DNA of 64,000 bases from an uncultured Roseburia sp. (lineage in GTDB: Bacteria; Bacillota; Clostridia; Lachnospirales; Lachnospiraceae), in the NCBI GenBank assembly GCA_947652855.1, contig CANTEO010000001.1, positions 63,742-127,741 on the forward strand, given 5' to 3'. Positions 1 through 12,700 of this stretch are shown piece by piece. Within the stretch, counting starts at the first letter, position 1. Every line of letters starts with the position of its first letter. The translations under genes and the position numbers were made by a program. The notes beneath the pieces were generated by a model. That model did not search any database. It was not told the origin of the DNA and saw only the letters and a program-made list of their open reading frames with translations.

Positions 1-36
1 CGGTTATTGCTTCAAACGTATGAAGGAGGAAAATGT

Positions 37-594
37 ATGATTTCAGCAGGTGATTTTCGGAATGGCATTACCATAGAATTGGAAGGCAATATCTATCAGA
101 TCATCGAATTTCAGCATGTAAAGCCAGGAAAGGGCGCGGCTTTTGTCAGGACGAAGCTAAAAAATATCAAGAGCGGCGGCGTAGTGGAGAAGACATTCCG
201 TCCGACGGAGAAATGCCCTCAGGCACATATTGACAGAAAAGACTATCAGTACTTATACGCAGATGGGGATTTATTCTATTTCATGGATGTTGAGACGTAT
301 GACCAGATTGCGCTCAGCCAGTCGGATATCGGGGACGCGCTCAAGTTTGTGAAAGAGAATGAGATGGTGAAGGTCTGCTCTCACAATGGGAATGTGTTTG
401 CGGTGGAGCCGCCATTGTTCGTGGAGCTGCAGATCACAGAGACGGAGCCGGGTTTTAAGGGAGACACGGCGACAGGGGCCACAAAGCCGGCTGTCGTGGA
501 GACGGGCGCGACGGTGTACGTTCCGTTATTTGTGAGCCAGGAGGACGTCATCAAGATTGACACAAGGACAGGAGAGTATCTGTCAAGAGTATAA
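37..594 (+). CDS. efp: Translation elongation factor P
   Basis: [19 protein letters not shown] loop, PGFKGDTA and [13 protein letters not shown] motifs; AGGAGG RBS at 24-29 before ATG 37. Confidence 0.97.
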   Translation: MISAGDFRNGITIELEGNIYQIIEFQHVKPGKGAAFVRTKLKNIKSGGVVEKTFRPTEKCPQAHIDRKDYQYLYADGDLFYFMDVETYDQIALSQSDIGDALKFVKENEMVKVCSHNGNVFAVEPPLFVELQITETEPGFKGDTATGATKPAVVETGATVYVPLFVSQEDVIKIDTRTGEYLSRV

Positions 595-802
595 GCTGCT
601 TGAGCCGTTAGGATGAAACAGTGCATTGCCATATCACAGGAAGGCCGCAAAAGAGGGCGTTTTTCAACGCCTTTGCGAAAACGCGCGTCGGAATGGGATA
701 TGGCGATTTTTTTCAAGAGCGCGCGGAGGCGGGCGCGCCTTTTTAAGCGTTTTGGGCAAGGAGCGCGCCGAATGGGCGCAGAAGTTTCAATGGAGGGCAA
801 GG

Positions 803-2713
803 ATGGGAAAAGAAGATTATGGAAAAGCGTTTAAACTGGGCAAAAAGGATTATCAGGCTCGGCTGCTGCGGGGGGAGAAGCCGACGCTTATGGTTCTTGA
901 CGACATAATGCCAGGGAAAGGCTCCTATTCGGAAACGTCTCTTGGCCTGGTGCAGATTCCGATGGAAAAGCTCGCAGGCACGAAGAATGTGGGAAGGAGC
1001 AGCTCTTTTGCGGGAAATTTCATGCCGATCTTAAGAGAGTCGACGGAATTCGCCTCCAAGTGGGCGGAGCTTAGCACAAGCCATGTGGAGGAAGGTATCC
1101 GTGAGCCGGTCAAGGCGTATGAGTACATGAACCGGTTTTACGTGGAGGAGGGGAACAAAAGGGCCAGCGTCATGAAATATTTTGGGGCCGTGTCCATTCC
1201 CGGAGAAGTGATACGCATCATACCAAAGCGCACGGAGGAGAAGGAGAATAAAATCTATTACGAATTCCTGGACTTCTACCAGGCCGCCCCGATCAATTAC
1301 ATCTGGTTTTCCCAGACGGGAAGGTTTCAAAAGCTGCAGGAGGCCGTCGGAAAAGAGCCGGGGGAGGCCTGGACGGATGAAGAGCTGTTAAAGTTCAGCT
1401 CGATTTATACGAGATTTGCTTCGCAATACCATGCGAAGGGCGGGGATAAGCTGAAAATCACGTCAGGGGACGCGTTTTTGTCCTTTATTGACCTGTATGG
1501 ATATGATTTTATAGATGGAAAGACGACGAGTGAGATGAATGAACTGATTGCAAAAAGTTGGGAAGAGTTTGAGCTGTTGGAGGGGGAGCAGGAAATTGAC
1601 CTTCGGATGAAGCCGGATCAGAAAAAGAAGCCGCTGTTTAGCATATTGCTGCCCTCCGCCCCCAAAAAGCTGAAAATAGCGTTTATTTATGAAAAAACGC
1701 CGGGGACCTCCGCATGGACGTATGCGCATGAGCTTGGAAGGCTGCATTTGGAAGAGCGGTTCCCGGAGGAAGTGACGACCATTAGCTATGAGAACGGGAC
1801 GAGAGAAAATATAGACGAGCTATTGGAGGATGCGGTCGGGTCTGGCTGCAACCTGATTTTCACGACTACGCCGCCGTTTGCGCAGGCGAGCGTGAAGGCG
1901 GCGATCGCCCACCCGGACGTGCGTATTTTAAACTGCTCCCTAAACACATCCCATCGGTATATCCGAACCTATTATTCCAGGATGCACGAGGCAAAGTTCT
2001 TAATGGGGGCGATCGCGGGGGCAATGGCGGAAAACAATCTTTTGACGTATATTGCGGATTACCCGATTTACGGCTCCATCGCAAATATCAATGCGTTCGC
2101 GCTTGGGGCGAAGATGATAAACCCAAGGGCGAAGGTGTTTCTGGAATGGTCTGCCAAGAAAGAGGTCGATTTGGATGAGAACATCCGGCAGGCGAAGTCT
2201 TCCTGCATTTCCGGCAGGGACATGGCGATCCCGGAGGAGGCGTCCCGTTTTTTTGGGATTTACCACATTGACGATGGAAAGCCCAGGAACCTGGCGATGC
2301 CGCTTTGGCATTGGGGGAGGTTTTATGAGCAGCTTATATGGACGATTATGGAAGGGACGTGGAAATACGATGAGGGCCATTCATCCGTAAAGGCGATCAA
2401 TTACTGGTGGGGCATTGCGGAAGGGGTAGTTGACGTGATTACGTCGAAATACCTTCCGATTGGGACGAAGCGCCTGGTGGAGCTGTTAAAAGCCAGCATC
2501 GTCGCCGGGATCTTCAACCCGTTTGCAGGCGTGCTTTACTCACAGACGGGCATTGTGGAGTCAGATCCGGAAAAAGGGCTTATGCCGGATGAGATCATGA
2601 CGATGGATTGGCTGGCGGAGAATGTCATCGGCTCGATCCCGGAACAGGAGGAGCTAAAGGAGCAGGCGAAGCCAATCATGAGCCAGCAGGGAATCAAGAA
2701 AAAGGAAGGATAA
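803..2713 (+). CDS. BMP (basic membrane protein)-family ligand-binding domain fused to an N-terminal ParB/Srx-like domain; no lipoprotein signal
   Basis: C-terminal half has BMP motifs (WTYAHELGRLHL, NLIFTT, INAFALGAKMINP, YWWGIAEGVVD). N-terminal VKAYEY..RFYVEEGNKRASV resembles the ParB/Srx DGxxR motif. GGAGG before ATG 803. Confidence 0.75.
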   Translation: MGKEDYGKAFKLGKKDYQARLLRGEKPTLMVLDDIMPGKGSYSETSLGLVQIPMEKLAGTKNVGRSSSFAGNFMPILRESTEFASKWAELSTSHVEEGIREPVKAYEYMNRFYVEEGNKRASVMKYFGAVSIPGEVIRIIPKRTEEKENKIYYEFLDFYQAAPINYIWFSQTGRFQKLQEAVGKEPGEAWTDEELLKFSSIYTRFASQYHAKGGDKLKITSGDAFLSFIDLYGYDFIDGKTTSEMNELIAKSWEEFELLEGEQEIDLRMKPDQKKKPLFSILLPSAPKKLKIAFIYEKTPGTSAWTYAHELGRLHLEERFPEEVTTISYENGTRENIDELLEDAVGSGCNLIFTTTPPFAQASVKAAIAHPDVRILNCSLNTSHRYIRTYYSRMHEAKFLMGAIAGAMAENNLLTYIADYPIYGSIANINAFALGAKMINPRAKVFLEWSAKKEVDLDENIRQAKSSCISGRDMAIPEEASRFFGIYHIDDGKPRNLAMPLWHWGRFYEQLIWTIMEGTWKYDEGHSSVKAINYWWGIAEGVVDVITSKYLPIGTKRLVELLKASIVAGIFNPFAGVLYSQTGIVESDPEKGLMPDEIMTMDWLAENVIGSIPEQEELKEQAKPIMSQQGIKKKEG

Positions 2714-2730
2714 GGAAGGGTAACGTACAT

Positions 2731-3357
2731 ATGAAGATTCTGGCGATTGCGGATGAGGAGTCGAAATGTCTTTGGGATTATTATGATAAGGAAAAGCTAA
2801 AGGGGATCGACCTGATTATTTCCTGCGGCGACTTGGATCCGCGTTACCTTTCCTTTTTGGTTACGCTTTCCGGCGCCCCGGTCTTATATGTGCATGGAAA
2901 TCATGACGACAAATATGCGAAGATTCCGCCAGAGGGCTGCATCTGCATTGAGGATCAGATCTATGTGCATGAAGGGGTGCGGATTCTGGGCCTTGGCGGC
3001 TCCATGCGTTACAGTGAAGGGGAGCATCAGTTTACGGAGCGCCAGATGCGTCAGAGGGCGGCGAAGCTGCGCCTGCCCTTGCTCTTTCGGCATGGGTTTG
3101 ACATTTTGGTCGCGCATGCCCCGGCGTATCAATTAAATGACGGGCGGGATTTGCCGCATCAGGGATTTCAGGCGTTTCGGTCGCTGATGGAAAAATATAA
3201 GCCGAAATATTTTCTGCACGGGCATGTGCATCTTTCTTATGGGAGGGAGCATAAGCGCTATGACAAGTATCAGGAGACGCATATCATCAATGCGTATGAG
3301 AGATGCGTGTTTGACTTTGAGGCGCAGGATCCGAAAGCCAGCCTGTTGGAGCATTGA
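2731..3357 (+). CDS. Calcineurin-like metallophosphoesterase
   Basis: AIADEE, SCGDL, VHGNHD, VAHAP and LHGHVH metal-binding motifs; starts 18 bp after the BMP gene. Confidence 0.9.
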   Translation: MKILAIADEESKCLWDYYDKEKLKGIDLIISCGDLDPRYLSFLVTLSGAPVLYVHGNHDDKYAKIPPEGCICIEDQIYVHEGVRILGLGGSMRYSEGEHQFTERQMRQRAAKLRLPLLFRHGFDILVAHAPAYQLNDGRDLPHQGFQAFRSLMEKYKPKYFLHGHVHLSYGREHKRYDKYQETHIINAYERCVFDFEAQDPKASLLEH

Positions 3358-3416
3358 GGGTTCCATCCAGAAGCGCCGGCGGATTTTTCGGCCTTTTGGC
3401 AGCTGCCCTCATAAAT

Positions 3417-3464
3417 GCCGTAAGGGACGTTTTTAAATGAGAAATGTCCCTTACGGCGTTTTTT
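3417..3464 (+). terminator. Rho-independent terminator
   Basis: GCCGTAAGGGAC / GTCCCTTACGGC 12-bp stem followed by a T-run. Confidence 0.8.
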
Positions 3465-3787
3465 GTGGAATCTTCCCGCAACGAAAGCGGTTCCAATGAT
3501 ATCATATTCGGCAAAAATGTTCGTGTCTCATGAAATATGAAGCCGTTTTTTGGCGAAATTTATTCATCATATCTAAATGGAAAAGGTATATTTTGTGAAA
3601 AGTGCCAGTGAAAAAACAAAAGTAAAGGTGATATAATAAAAATATGCATAATAGTTACAAGCGACGGCATTTATAATTTGGAAGGGAGGTCAAAGGGGAC
3701 AGGTTTGTATATTGCAGGCTTTGCAGATGCTTTTATGCCATTTGCAAAGTGAAACGGACAACATGGTTTGGAAAAGGAGAACATAAT

Positions 3788-6700
3788 ATGAAGTGGAAAA
3801 AGATTTTATCAGGCGTGCTGGCCTGCGCGTTGGCGTTTGGGTCGGTCGTCTCTGTTGCGCCTGCGCCAGCTGCGGCAACAGAGATTCCGGCAGAGACGGA
3901 TGGCGCAGAAGGGACAGAGGCAGGCGTGATGCCTTTGGCGGAGGACGGCGTGGCGGCAGCGGCGGATCCGGTTACGGTCAATACGGCTCCGGCGGGGCTT
4001 GTCTATACGGCTCCAGAGGAGGAGCGCGCGCCGAAGAATGTTGAGTGGGGGGGGGCAGAATCCAGGATTGCGCTGACGGATATAGCTGACAGCCCAGTGA
4101 CGATGGAGTTTAAGGATGAAAACGGGACTTTGGATGTCAGGAATATAGATGGGGTATGGGGTTTTAACGGACAGTTGAAGTCCAATTCTGCGACAGATAA
4201 ATTTGATGTCTATGATACGGAAAACAGCGACACGAGTGAAAATCCTATTGTGATTTCATTTAAAATTTATCTGAAGAAATTCGAGCCACAACGAACTGTT
4301 TTGGGAAAAGGCGATAAGCAATATGCCATTCAGACGACAGGCAACGGGTTGGAATGGTATGCAGGCGAAGATTGGAACACAGTATACTATAGAGGATTTA
4401 CAGCTGACAGCCTGAATCAATGGCACGATGTCCTTGCAGTGATTGACAGTAAGGGGAGGCATCGAATTTTTGTGGATCAGGGAACGTCTGATGAATGGGG
4501 AAATGCGGGTTCCTCTGTGAAGATCACGCAGCGAGAGGAGCCGTTTACTCTCGGATATCAGATAGATGGGACTACAGCGCGCAGAGATTTCACGAAGGAT
4601 ATTGGTTATCTTGCAGATGTGAAATTCTATGGCGCGAATGACTTGGCAGAAGGGCATGCCTTGAAGCAGATTGATTTGGAGGCATTGGATGCGCAAGAAG
4701 ACAAGGGCTTAAGTGAGATACAAAGTAAGCTTAGGTCCGTGACGCCCAATGTAGATTTTTCCTTGGACGCCCCTTATGATGTCGAGACGGTTTGGCGTGC
4801 AGGGGATCAGGCAATGGCGGCGGGGGATGTCTTCCGGTGTGGGTTTTCTCATAAAGTGACGACAACCTTCACCGCAAAAGAAGGATATGCATTCGCGACA
4901 GATGACACGTTCAAAAACGCAGTGAAAGCGGCAGTGACGACGGGAAAGGATAATGTAGAGGCAACCGTCACAAGCACGGACGGGAAGACGATGACAGTTG
5001 AGGTAGACTATGGGACGCTTTCCTGCAAATATGATGCCGTGGGCATTCGCTTGGAAGGGGCAGGGGGCAGCGTGCTAGGCCAAAATGTCTTTTTGCCTTT
5101 AGGCGCGACGAAAGAGGTTTCGCCATCCATTATGCTGGAGGGCGACCGTTCCCCGGACGATCATACCGTAAAATATGCGGGCGTGACCTATGAATATGCG
5201 GTGGAGGTCGGAAAAGACGCTATCCTGTCTGCGGAAGGCAGAGATGGGAAGTGCCTCCTTACGGCCAAGGCGGCAGGCACGGCGAAGGTTACTGTGACGG
5301 CGAAAGCTTCGGGGAACGTGCTGTTTACGAGAAATGTTGCGGTTACGGTCGGAGAAGGAACGGCGATTGCGGCTCCGGGCGTTACGCTGACAAAGCCTGC
5401 GGATGGAGCTTTTCCAACGGATGCAGAGGTTGCGGCTCCGACAGGGATGACTCTGGAAGACCGGGCTGAGGATCCTGTTGCATTAGTTGGAAAGGATGCG
5501 GAAACCGCTCTGGATATAAAACGCTTTGATGGAAGATGGGCCTTTAATACTCAGCAAAGAACTGCATCGACAGATGACAAATTCAATGTGACGGGCAAGG
5601 AGCCGATGGTGATTTCTCTGAAGGTATACTTGAAGAACATTGTGCATCACAGCACGCTTGTAGCCAAGGGGGATCGGCAGTATATGCTTGAGCTGGTTGA
5701 TGGAGGCTTCAACATATGTGTGTATGATACGAATTGGAGGAACAATAATTGCACTGGTTTTACGGCAGAGAATGAGAGTGAATGGAAGAATCAGTGGCAT
5801 GATGTGGTTGCCGTGATTGATAAGAATGGCAAAACGTGTATATTTGTAGATGATAAAGCGTCAGGAGTGAACGCTACGGACGGGATCACATCAAATACGG
5901 ATATGACGAACCAGCAGTTCGCGATTGGATGGAATACAGAAAAAGCGAATGAGGCGGCTCGCGTATTTACAACTGACAATGGTTATCTTGCAGATGTGAG
6001 ATTCTATCGTGGAGACAGTTTGAAAGGGATTGACCTGACGGCGTTGCGGTCTTTGGAAGACAAAGGCCTTAGCATGATTCAAAAAACGCTTTCTTCCATA
6101 AACCCGACTGCGGACTTTTCTTTAAATCCTCCATATGAGACGGCGAAAACGGTTTGGAGTTCGGGCGAGAAGGTAATGAAAGCGACGGACAAATTCAAAT
6201 GCGGAAACACGGCGTATACGGCGACGACGACGTTTACCGCAAATGAAGGATTCAAATTTACGGATGACGAAGCATTTAAAACTGCTATGAGAGATGCGGT
6301 TGAGACGGGGGACGACGCGGCGACAGTGGAGGTTGACGTTCTGGATGAGGGGACGATGACAGTGACAGTCACCTATCCTTCTGTATCCTGTCAGTATAAC
6401 GTGGCGGATATCGTGATGGAAAGTGAGGATGATATCGTCTTATCATTGGGTGATACAGCGACGGTGAAAAAGCCGACCGGGATTGTCCTGTCAGGAAACC
6501 ATCCATTGTCTTCTCATAAATGGTACGACAATGTGTCATATGAGTTTGGCCTGGAACAGGGCGGATCAGACGTGATCGGCATTACGACGGCTGAAAATGG
6601 GGACTGCACCATTACGCCTAAGAAGAATGGCGAGGCAAAAGTTCTGGTGATGGCCAAGGTGGCCGGAGAGACAGCCTTTACGAAACGCTTATCCGTACAG

Positions 6701-9700
6701 ATAGGCGATAAAGAGATTGAGAGCGCGCCTTTGATTGCCTTCACGGCGCCTAGGGAAGGCAACAGTCCGGTGAAGACAGACACAAAAATAGAGGATCAGG
6801 CGAAGAACCCTGTTCGCATGAAAGTGAAAGATGGCGTCTCTGCGGAGATTAGGAAGTTTGACGGCATCTGGGGCTTTAACGGACAGTGGCTGTCAACAGA
6901 TGCGTCTGATAGGCTTAATATTTCAGGAAATAATCCGCTTGTGATTTCCTTTAAAGTATATTTGAAGCAGCTGGCGTCAGGGGCGCAGAGAGCCATTGTG
7001 ACTAAGGGAGACAATCAATATGCCATTCAGGTTCAAAGCGATGGAATAGAATTTTGCGTTTTTGATGAGACTTGGAGAGCGATTAAATACAACCTGAGCG
7101 CGGCTAATGAGAGTGAGTGGAAGAATAAATGGAATGATGTCGTTGCAGTGTTGGACGCAAGCGGAAAGACGCGTCTGTTTGTGAACGGAAAAGCGTCGTC
7201 TAATATGGGAACATGCACATCGCTCGCGTCGTCTGATGTGCCGTTTGCGATCGGATTCCATGGCAGTGTGTCCGGGCGTGAGTTTACCTCAGAGTTTGGT
7301 TATCTGGCAGATTTCAAATTCTATGGAGCCAGCGATTTGGCGGAAGGCTCGGCGCTTAGGCAGATCAATTTGGCAACGTTGGATGCGTCAGAGGATAAGG
7401 GGCTTGCACAGATCAAGTCCACGCTTGAAGGCGTAGACCCCACTGTGGATTATTTCATCCACTCTTCTTACGAGGAAGAGATGACATGGAGCGCAGGGAC
7501 GGAAGAAATGACGGCTGAAGAACAGTTTGCGTGCGGCGATACGTCATATAAGGCTGTGATGACGCTTACGGCGAAGAACGGATTCAAATTTCCGACAACA
7601 GCGGCGTTTCAGGCCCTGGCTTTGAGCAAAGTGCGCACGGGGGTAGATGACGTGACGCCGACTGTCGCTATTTCTGCGGATGGGAGCACAATGACAGTTA
7701 CGGCCTCCTATCCTGCGATTGCTTGTGACAATGAGATTGCGGGCATTGAGTTTGAGGAAGACAGCATTTCGTTGGTGCAGGGTGAGGACGGCGCGATCCG
7801 CCCGATTTCGGCAATCTTAAGCGATGGACGCGATGCCGCAGAGCATCCGGGGTTTGGGAAGATTACGTATACATACGCTGTGAAAGAGGGCTGTGAAAGC
7901 TTTATTGAGGTGGATCGCAGCACAGGCGTCATTACGGCTAAGGCCGAGGGAGCGGATTTGGCTGTCGTGGTGACGGCTTCAGCGGCAGGGCATACGCCGT
8001 ATACAAAAGAGATCAGCGTGACAGTGCTCGCAGGAAATGAATTGATTACGGAGGCTCCTGCCGTGACGTTGCCTGAGCCGGAGGATGGCTGCCTTCCGAC
8101 TTATGCCAAGGCGCAGGGACACAATGGCATTGCATTAAAGGACAGGGCGAAGGCGCCTGTAGAGCTGGTAAAAGTAGATGAGTCTTCATCAATGGATATC
8201 TGGAACCGAAACGGCAGATGGGGATTTATGGATCAGTTGAAATCGACGGCGACAGATGACAAATTCAATGTGACGGGCAAAACGCCGATAGCGATTTCAT
8301 TTAAGATCTTTATGAAAAATCTTGAGCATCAACGATCAATTGTGTCAAAAGGCGATCAGCAGTATTGGATTGAGATGTTTAATTATAGTGGCAGCCGGGG
8401 ATTCAGCTTCTGCATTTATGACGGGGGTTGGAAATGCGCGAACTATATTTCAGATGAATTCTCGCCAGCGCGTGAGAGCGAATGGAAGAATCGCTGGCAC
8501 GACGTGGTTGCCGTGATGGACGCAAATGGAAAGATACGGCTCTATGTGGATGGAAAGCCGTCAAACAAAGCGGAAACAAGAGGGATTACCACTAATGAGG
8601 CTAGCATAGCGCGGGAGTTTGCGATTGGGTACAATACAGAAAAGCCAGAGCGTATTTTTAGGGCGGAAAACGGATATTTGGCAGATGTAAGGTTCTATCA
8701 GGGAGATAGACTTGCTACTATTGACTTGGATGCCTTGGACGCTTCTGCGGATAAAGGATATGCGAGCATCCTTGCAAAGCTTGCCACAGTAGAGCCGACA
8801 GCGGACTTTGCCTTACAGCCGAAGTATGAGGTGAAGACGGAATGGGCAGATGCAGAAGGGAATGCCTTAACGGAGAGCGACGTATTAGAATGCGGGACGG
8901 CATACACGGCGAAGGTTACTTATGCCGCAAATGGCGGATATGCGTTCCCGACTGAGAACAACGCGTCGTTTAAGGCTGCAGTGGCGGCCGGGCTTCATGC
9001 CGAGAAGGCAGAAGTGACGGCGGGCGACGTTGTGGTTTCTGAAAATGGAAAGACGGTAACGGTGACGGTTTCTTATCCGCCATTGTCCTGCGGCTCCATT
9101 TTGGACCTGAAGATGGAAAAGAGCTTTTTAGCTTTGGCGACAGGAGCTGCAAAGCCGCTTTTGGCTCCGACAAAGATTATATTAAGCGGCGGCCGTGATG
9201 AGGCAGATCATAAAGGATTGAATGGCATAAGCTATCAGTACGGCGTTGCAAAAGGCGGAGAAGAGATCATTGGCGTGGAGAAATCCGAGAGCGGATGCAT
9301 AGTGAATGCGCTAAAAGCAGGAGACGCAAATGTCATAGTGTCTGTCATATCAAAGAGGGGAGAGACGCTGTATCGGAAAGCCATCCCTGTAAAAGTGATG
9401 GACAGAGTGAAGCTGAAAGGGGTTTCTTTGGGATATCAGATGCCGCAGGCAGGAAATTATCCGTTGCCGGCAAGCGTTAAAAGCGCAGAGGGTTATGATT
9501 TTATTGCTGACTGGACGGACGACGCGGCAGAGCTTAAGCATCTTGGCGAAGGGCAGGCAGAAATTGGGGTGCAGGACGGAGTCCGGTATTTCAATGACGC
9601 TTTGGCGACAGAGAGCGGAAATGACAAGTTTGACGTAGTGGGTGAGGATCCGTTGGCGATTTCTCTGAAGCTGTTTTTGAAAGAGCTGCCTTCATCAGAG

Positions 9701-12700
9701 GATGAGCAGACGATTCTTCGTAAAGGCAGTCAATATGTGTTTGTAGTGAAAAAAGAAGGCAATCAGACGAAATTGATCTTTTATATGAACTCTGCGATAG
9801 GCACGGACTTGTGGCCTCAGGCAGAATATAATTTGGACGAGGGATTTTTAAACAAGTGGCATGACATCCTGATTGTTGTGGATGGCAAGGGAGAACAGGC
9901 CAGCATGGGCTTTTCCGTGGATGGAGCGCCGTTTACTCTGAATGAGAGGGAGGGAAGGCTTGCGAAGCTAAAGCATTTTGACGATCCGTTTGCGATTGGC
10001 TGCAATGGAGCGCAGACGCCTGGAGGGCGTTTTACATTGGGATATCTCGCTGACATTGCATTCTACAGCGGGGCGGGCGAGGCTATGACGGCAGAGCAGA
10101 AAGAGAGCCTTCATCTGAGCGCGCTTGAAGAGAGCGAAGAAGGAAATGCGGCGGCGTTTATCAGGAATATGCTGGAGACGGTTGAGCCCACGGCAATGAT
10201 TTCTATGGCTCCTTATGACGTGAAGACGGTTTGGAGCAAGATGGATGGGACTCTCCTTGGCGCTGGGGAGCAATTCAATGGCAAGGATGTTTATGTGGCG
10301 AAGACGACATTGACGGCGCATGAGCTGGCGGCATTCCATCAGGATTGCACGGCGACGATTGTGACAGGCGCAGAAGGAAACAGCGAAATTGCGGCGAGCC
10401 AGAAAGCGACAGTTGCGGAAGATGGCAAAACCATGGTGATTACGGTCACTTACGCGAAAGCGGCTGAAACGCCTGAAGTGGCATATGATGCCCCGGTTGA
10501 GGGCGTTACGCCGACAGAGCCGGCCATTACGCCGAGTGATCCTGATAAGGCGTCGTTTAGCGCAGAGACGGTTTGGAAAAAAGACGGCGTTGAAATGAAA
10601 GAAACAGAGCAGTTTGGCAATCCAGAAAAGAATTTATATACGGTTGAGACGGTATTTACGGCAAAAAGCGGCTATTTGTTCCGTAGCGATGAGGCGTTTA
10701 TAGCGGATGTCAGAGGAAATGTCAAGACGGGACTGAATGAAGGGGATGCGGCGATAGACATCCTGGTTTCCAAGGATAAGAAGACGATGACGGTGAAAGT
10801 TTCGTATCCGACGAATGTTGCATTGGGCAAAGCGGCGGAAACATCGTCGGGCGCAGACGGAAAGGATGCAGTGGATGGAAATGAGGATACTGTATGCAGC
10901 ATAACGGGAGATGCAAAATGGATTTCCATAGACCTGAAAGCGCAGACGACTTTGGCAAAATCTATGAAGCTGAAATTTGCCGATGGGCAGCAGGCTGCGG
11001 ATTACCGTGTGGAAACAAGCGCGGATAAAGAGGAATGGACAGAGGTTTGCAAAAAGAGCGACGCGACAAGTGAGGGAAGCGTGGACAGCATTGCCGTTGC
11101 GGCGTTAGCCTCTTTGAAGCGCTATGTCAGGGTTTCCTTTACGTCGGAGGGCGCAGTGGGCGTTCAGGAGATTGAAATTGTCGGAATACAGACTGGCGTG
11201 ATTTATAAGGCGACTTTCGATAAGGGAGACGGCAGTGAAGCGGTTACGCAGGACATTGTGGCCGGCAAGACGGTGGAAAGGCCGAAAGACCCGACGAGAA
11301 ACGGCTATGCGTTTAAATATTGGTATGTGGACGTTGAAAGCGAGCCATATGATTTTGACACTGTAGTGACAGGGGACATTACCCTGCACGCAAAATGGGT
11401 GAAGACATGGACGGTGAGCTTTGACACAAACGGCGGCGCTCCGGAAATTTCCGCGAAGACCGTGGAAGAAGGCTCTACAGCAGAAAAGCCGGTAGATCCG
11501 AAGAAAGCGGATGTAGTATTTGGCGGCTGGTTCGAAGACAATGGGACGTTTCAGAATGCGTATGCATTTGACACAAAAGTGACGAAGGACATTACGCTCT
11601 ATGCAAAATGGCAGGCCATGGTAAGGTTTATGCGCAATGACGGCTCTGAGGAAGACGTGATGCTGGATGAGCAGAAGATTGACCTTGGCACGGCGCCCAA
11701 AAAACCGGCGGATCCGACAGGAAAAGAAGGCTTTGAGTTTGTCGGCTGGTTTATGGATGCAGAAGGGACAGGATCGGCATTTAATTTTGAAACGGGCAAA
11801 GTGGAGAAAAACACGACGTTGTATGCGAAGTGGGCGAAAAAGAAATATACGGTGACATTTGAGACAAATGGCGGCACGAAGGTGGATCCAAAGAAAGTAG
11901 AGCATGGCATGACGGTGGATGAGCCGGAGACTACGCGGGATGGATTCATTTTTAAAGGCTGGTATACAGATGAGAAGCTTCAAAATGAGTATAATTTTGA
12001 GGCGAAGGTGACAAAAGACTTGACGCTGTATGCAAGATGGATTTCAGAAGATGACATTTGCACGGTGACGTTCCATACAAATGAAGAGGGAGTCACGGCT
12101 GAGAGTCAGGAAGTGGAGAAAGGCCAGCTTGTAAAGAGGCCGACTGTAAACGGCACGAAAGAGCATTATCAGATTGAGGGCTGGTACAAAGATGAAGCCT
12201 GCACGATGAAGTTTGATTTTGCGAAAGACACGGTGGAAGGAAACCTTGACTTATATGCAAAATGGGAGAAGAAGACCTATCGGGTTACTTTCAACACGAA
12301 TGTGCCTGACCTTACGGCAGAGCCTCAGAATGTCCTGGCATTAGAGCATATTTCCGCTCCGGAGTTGACGAGGGACGGTTATACGTTGGTTGGCTGGTAT
12401 AAAGACGAGGCATGCACGGAAAGTGAAAAATTTGATTTTGAAAAAGATGTAGTAGAAAGCAGCATGACGCTGTATGCGAAGTGGGAGAAGGATGAAAAGC
12501 CCACTGTAGATAAAACGGCGTTGAACAAGGCGATTGAAGATGCGGAGAAGCTGGTCGCTGAGGATTATACGGCAGGCACATGGTCTGCGCTGCAGACGGC
12601 TTTGCAGGCGGCTAAGACGGCAGCGGAAAGCGACACTGTGGATCAGGCGGCTGTAAATCAGGCGAAGGCGGATTTGGATCAAGCAATGAAGAACTTGAAG

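Noticed and set aside
626..802. Long N-terminal extensions in the ORF track (626; also 14107, 39513, 48976)
   Set aside because: Not protein-like and lacking an RBS; downstream starts with good RBS were used instead.
3640..3780. Possible c-di-GMP riboswitch before the giant adhesin
   Set aside because: Could not find the GGCAAA..GAAA..GACGCAAA class I core; an Rfam scan would be needed.
11105..11983. 292-aa antisense ORF
   Set aside because: Lies opposite the InlB-B repeats of a well-supported gene; no motif.
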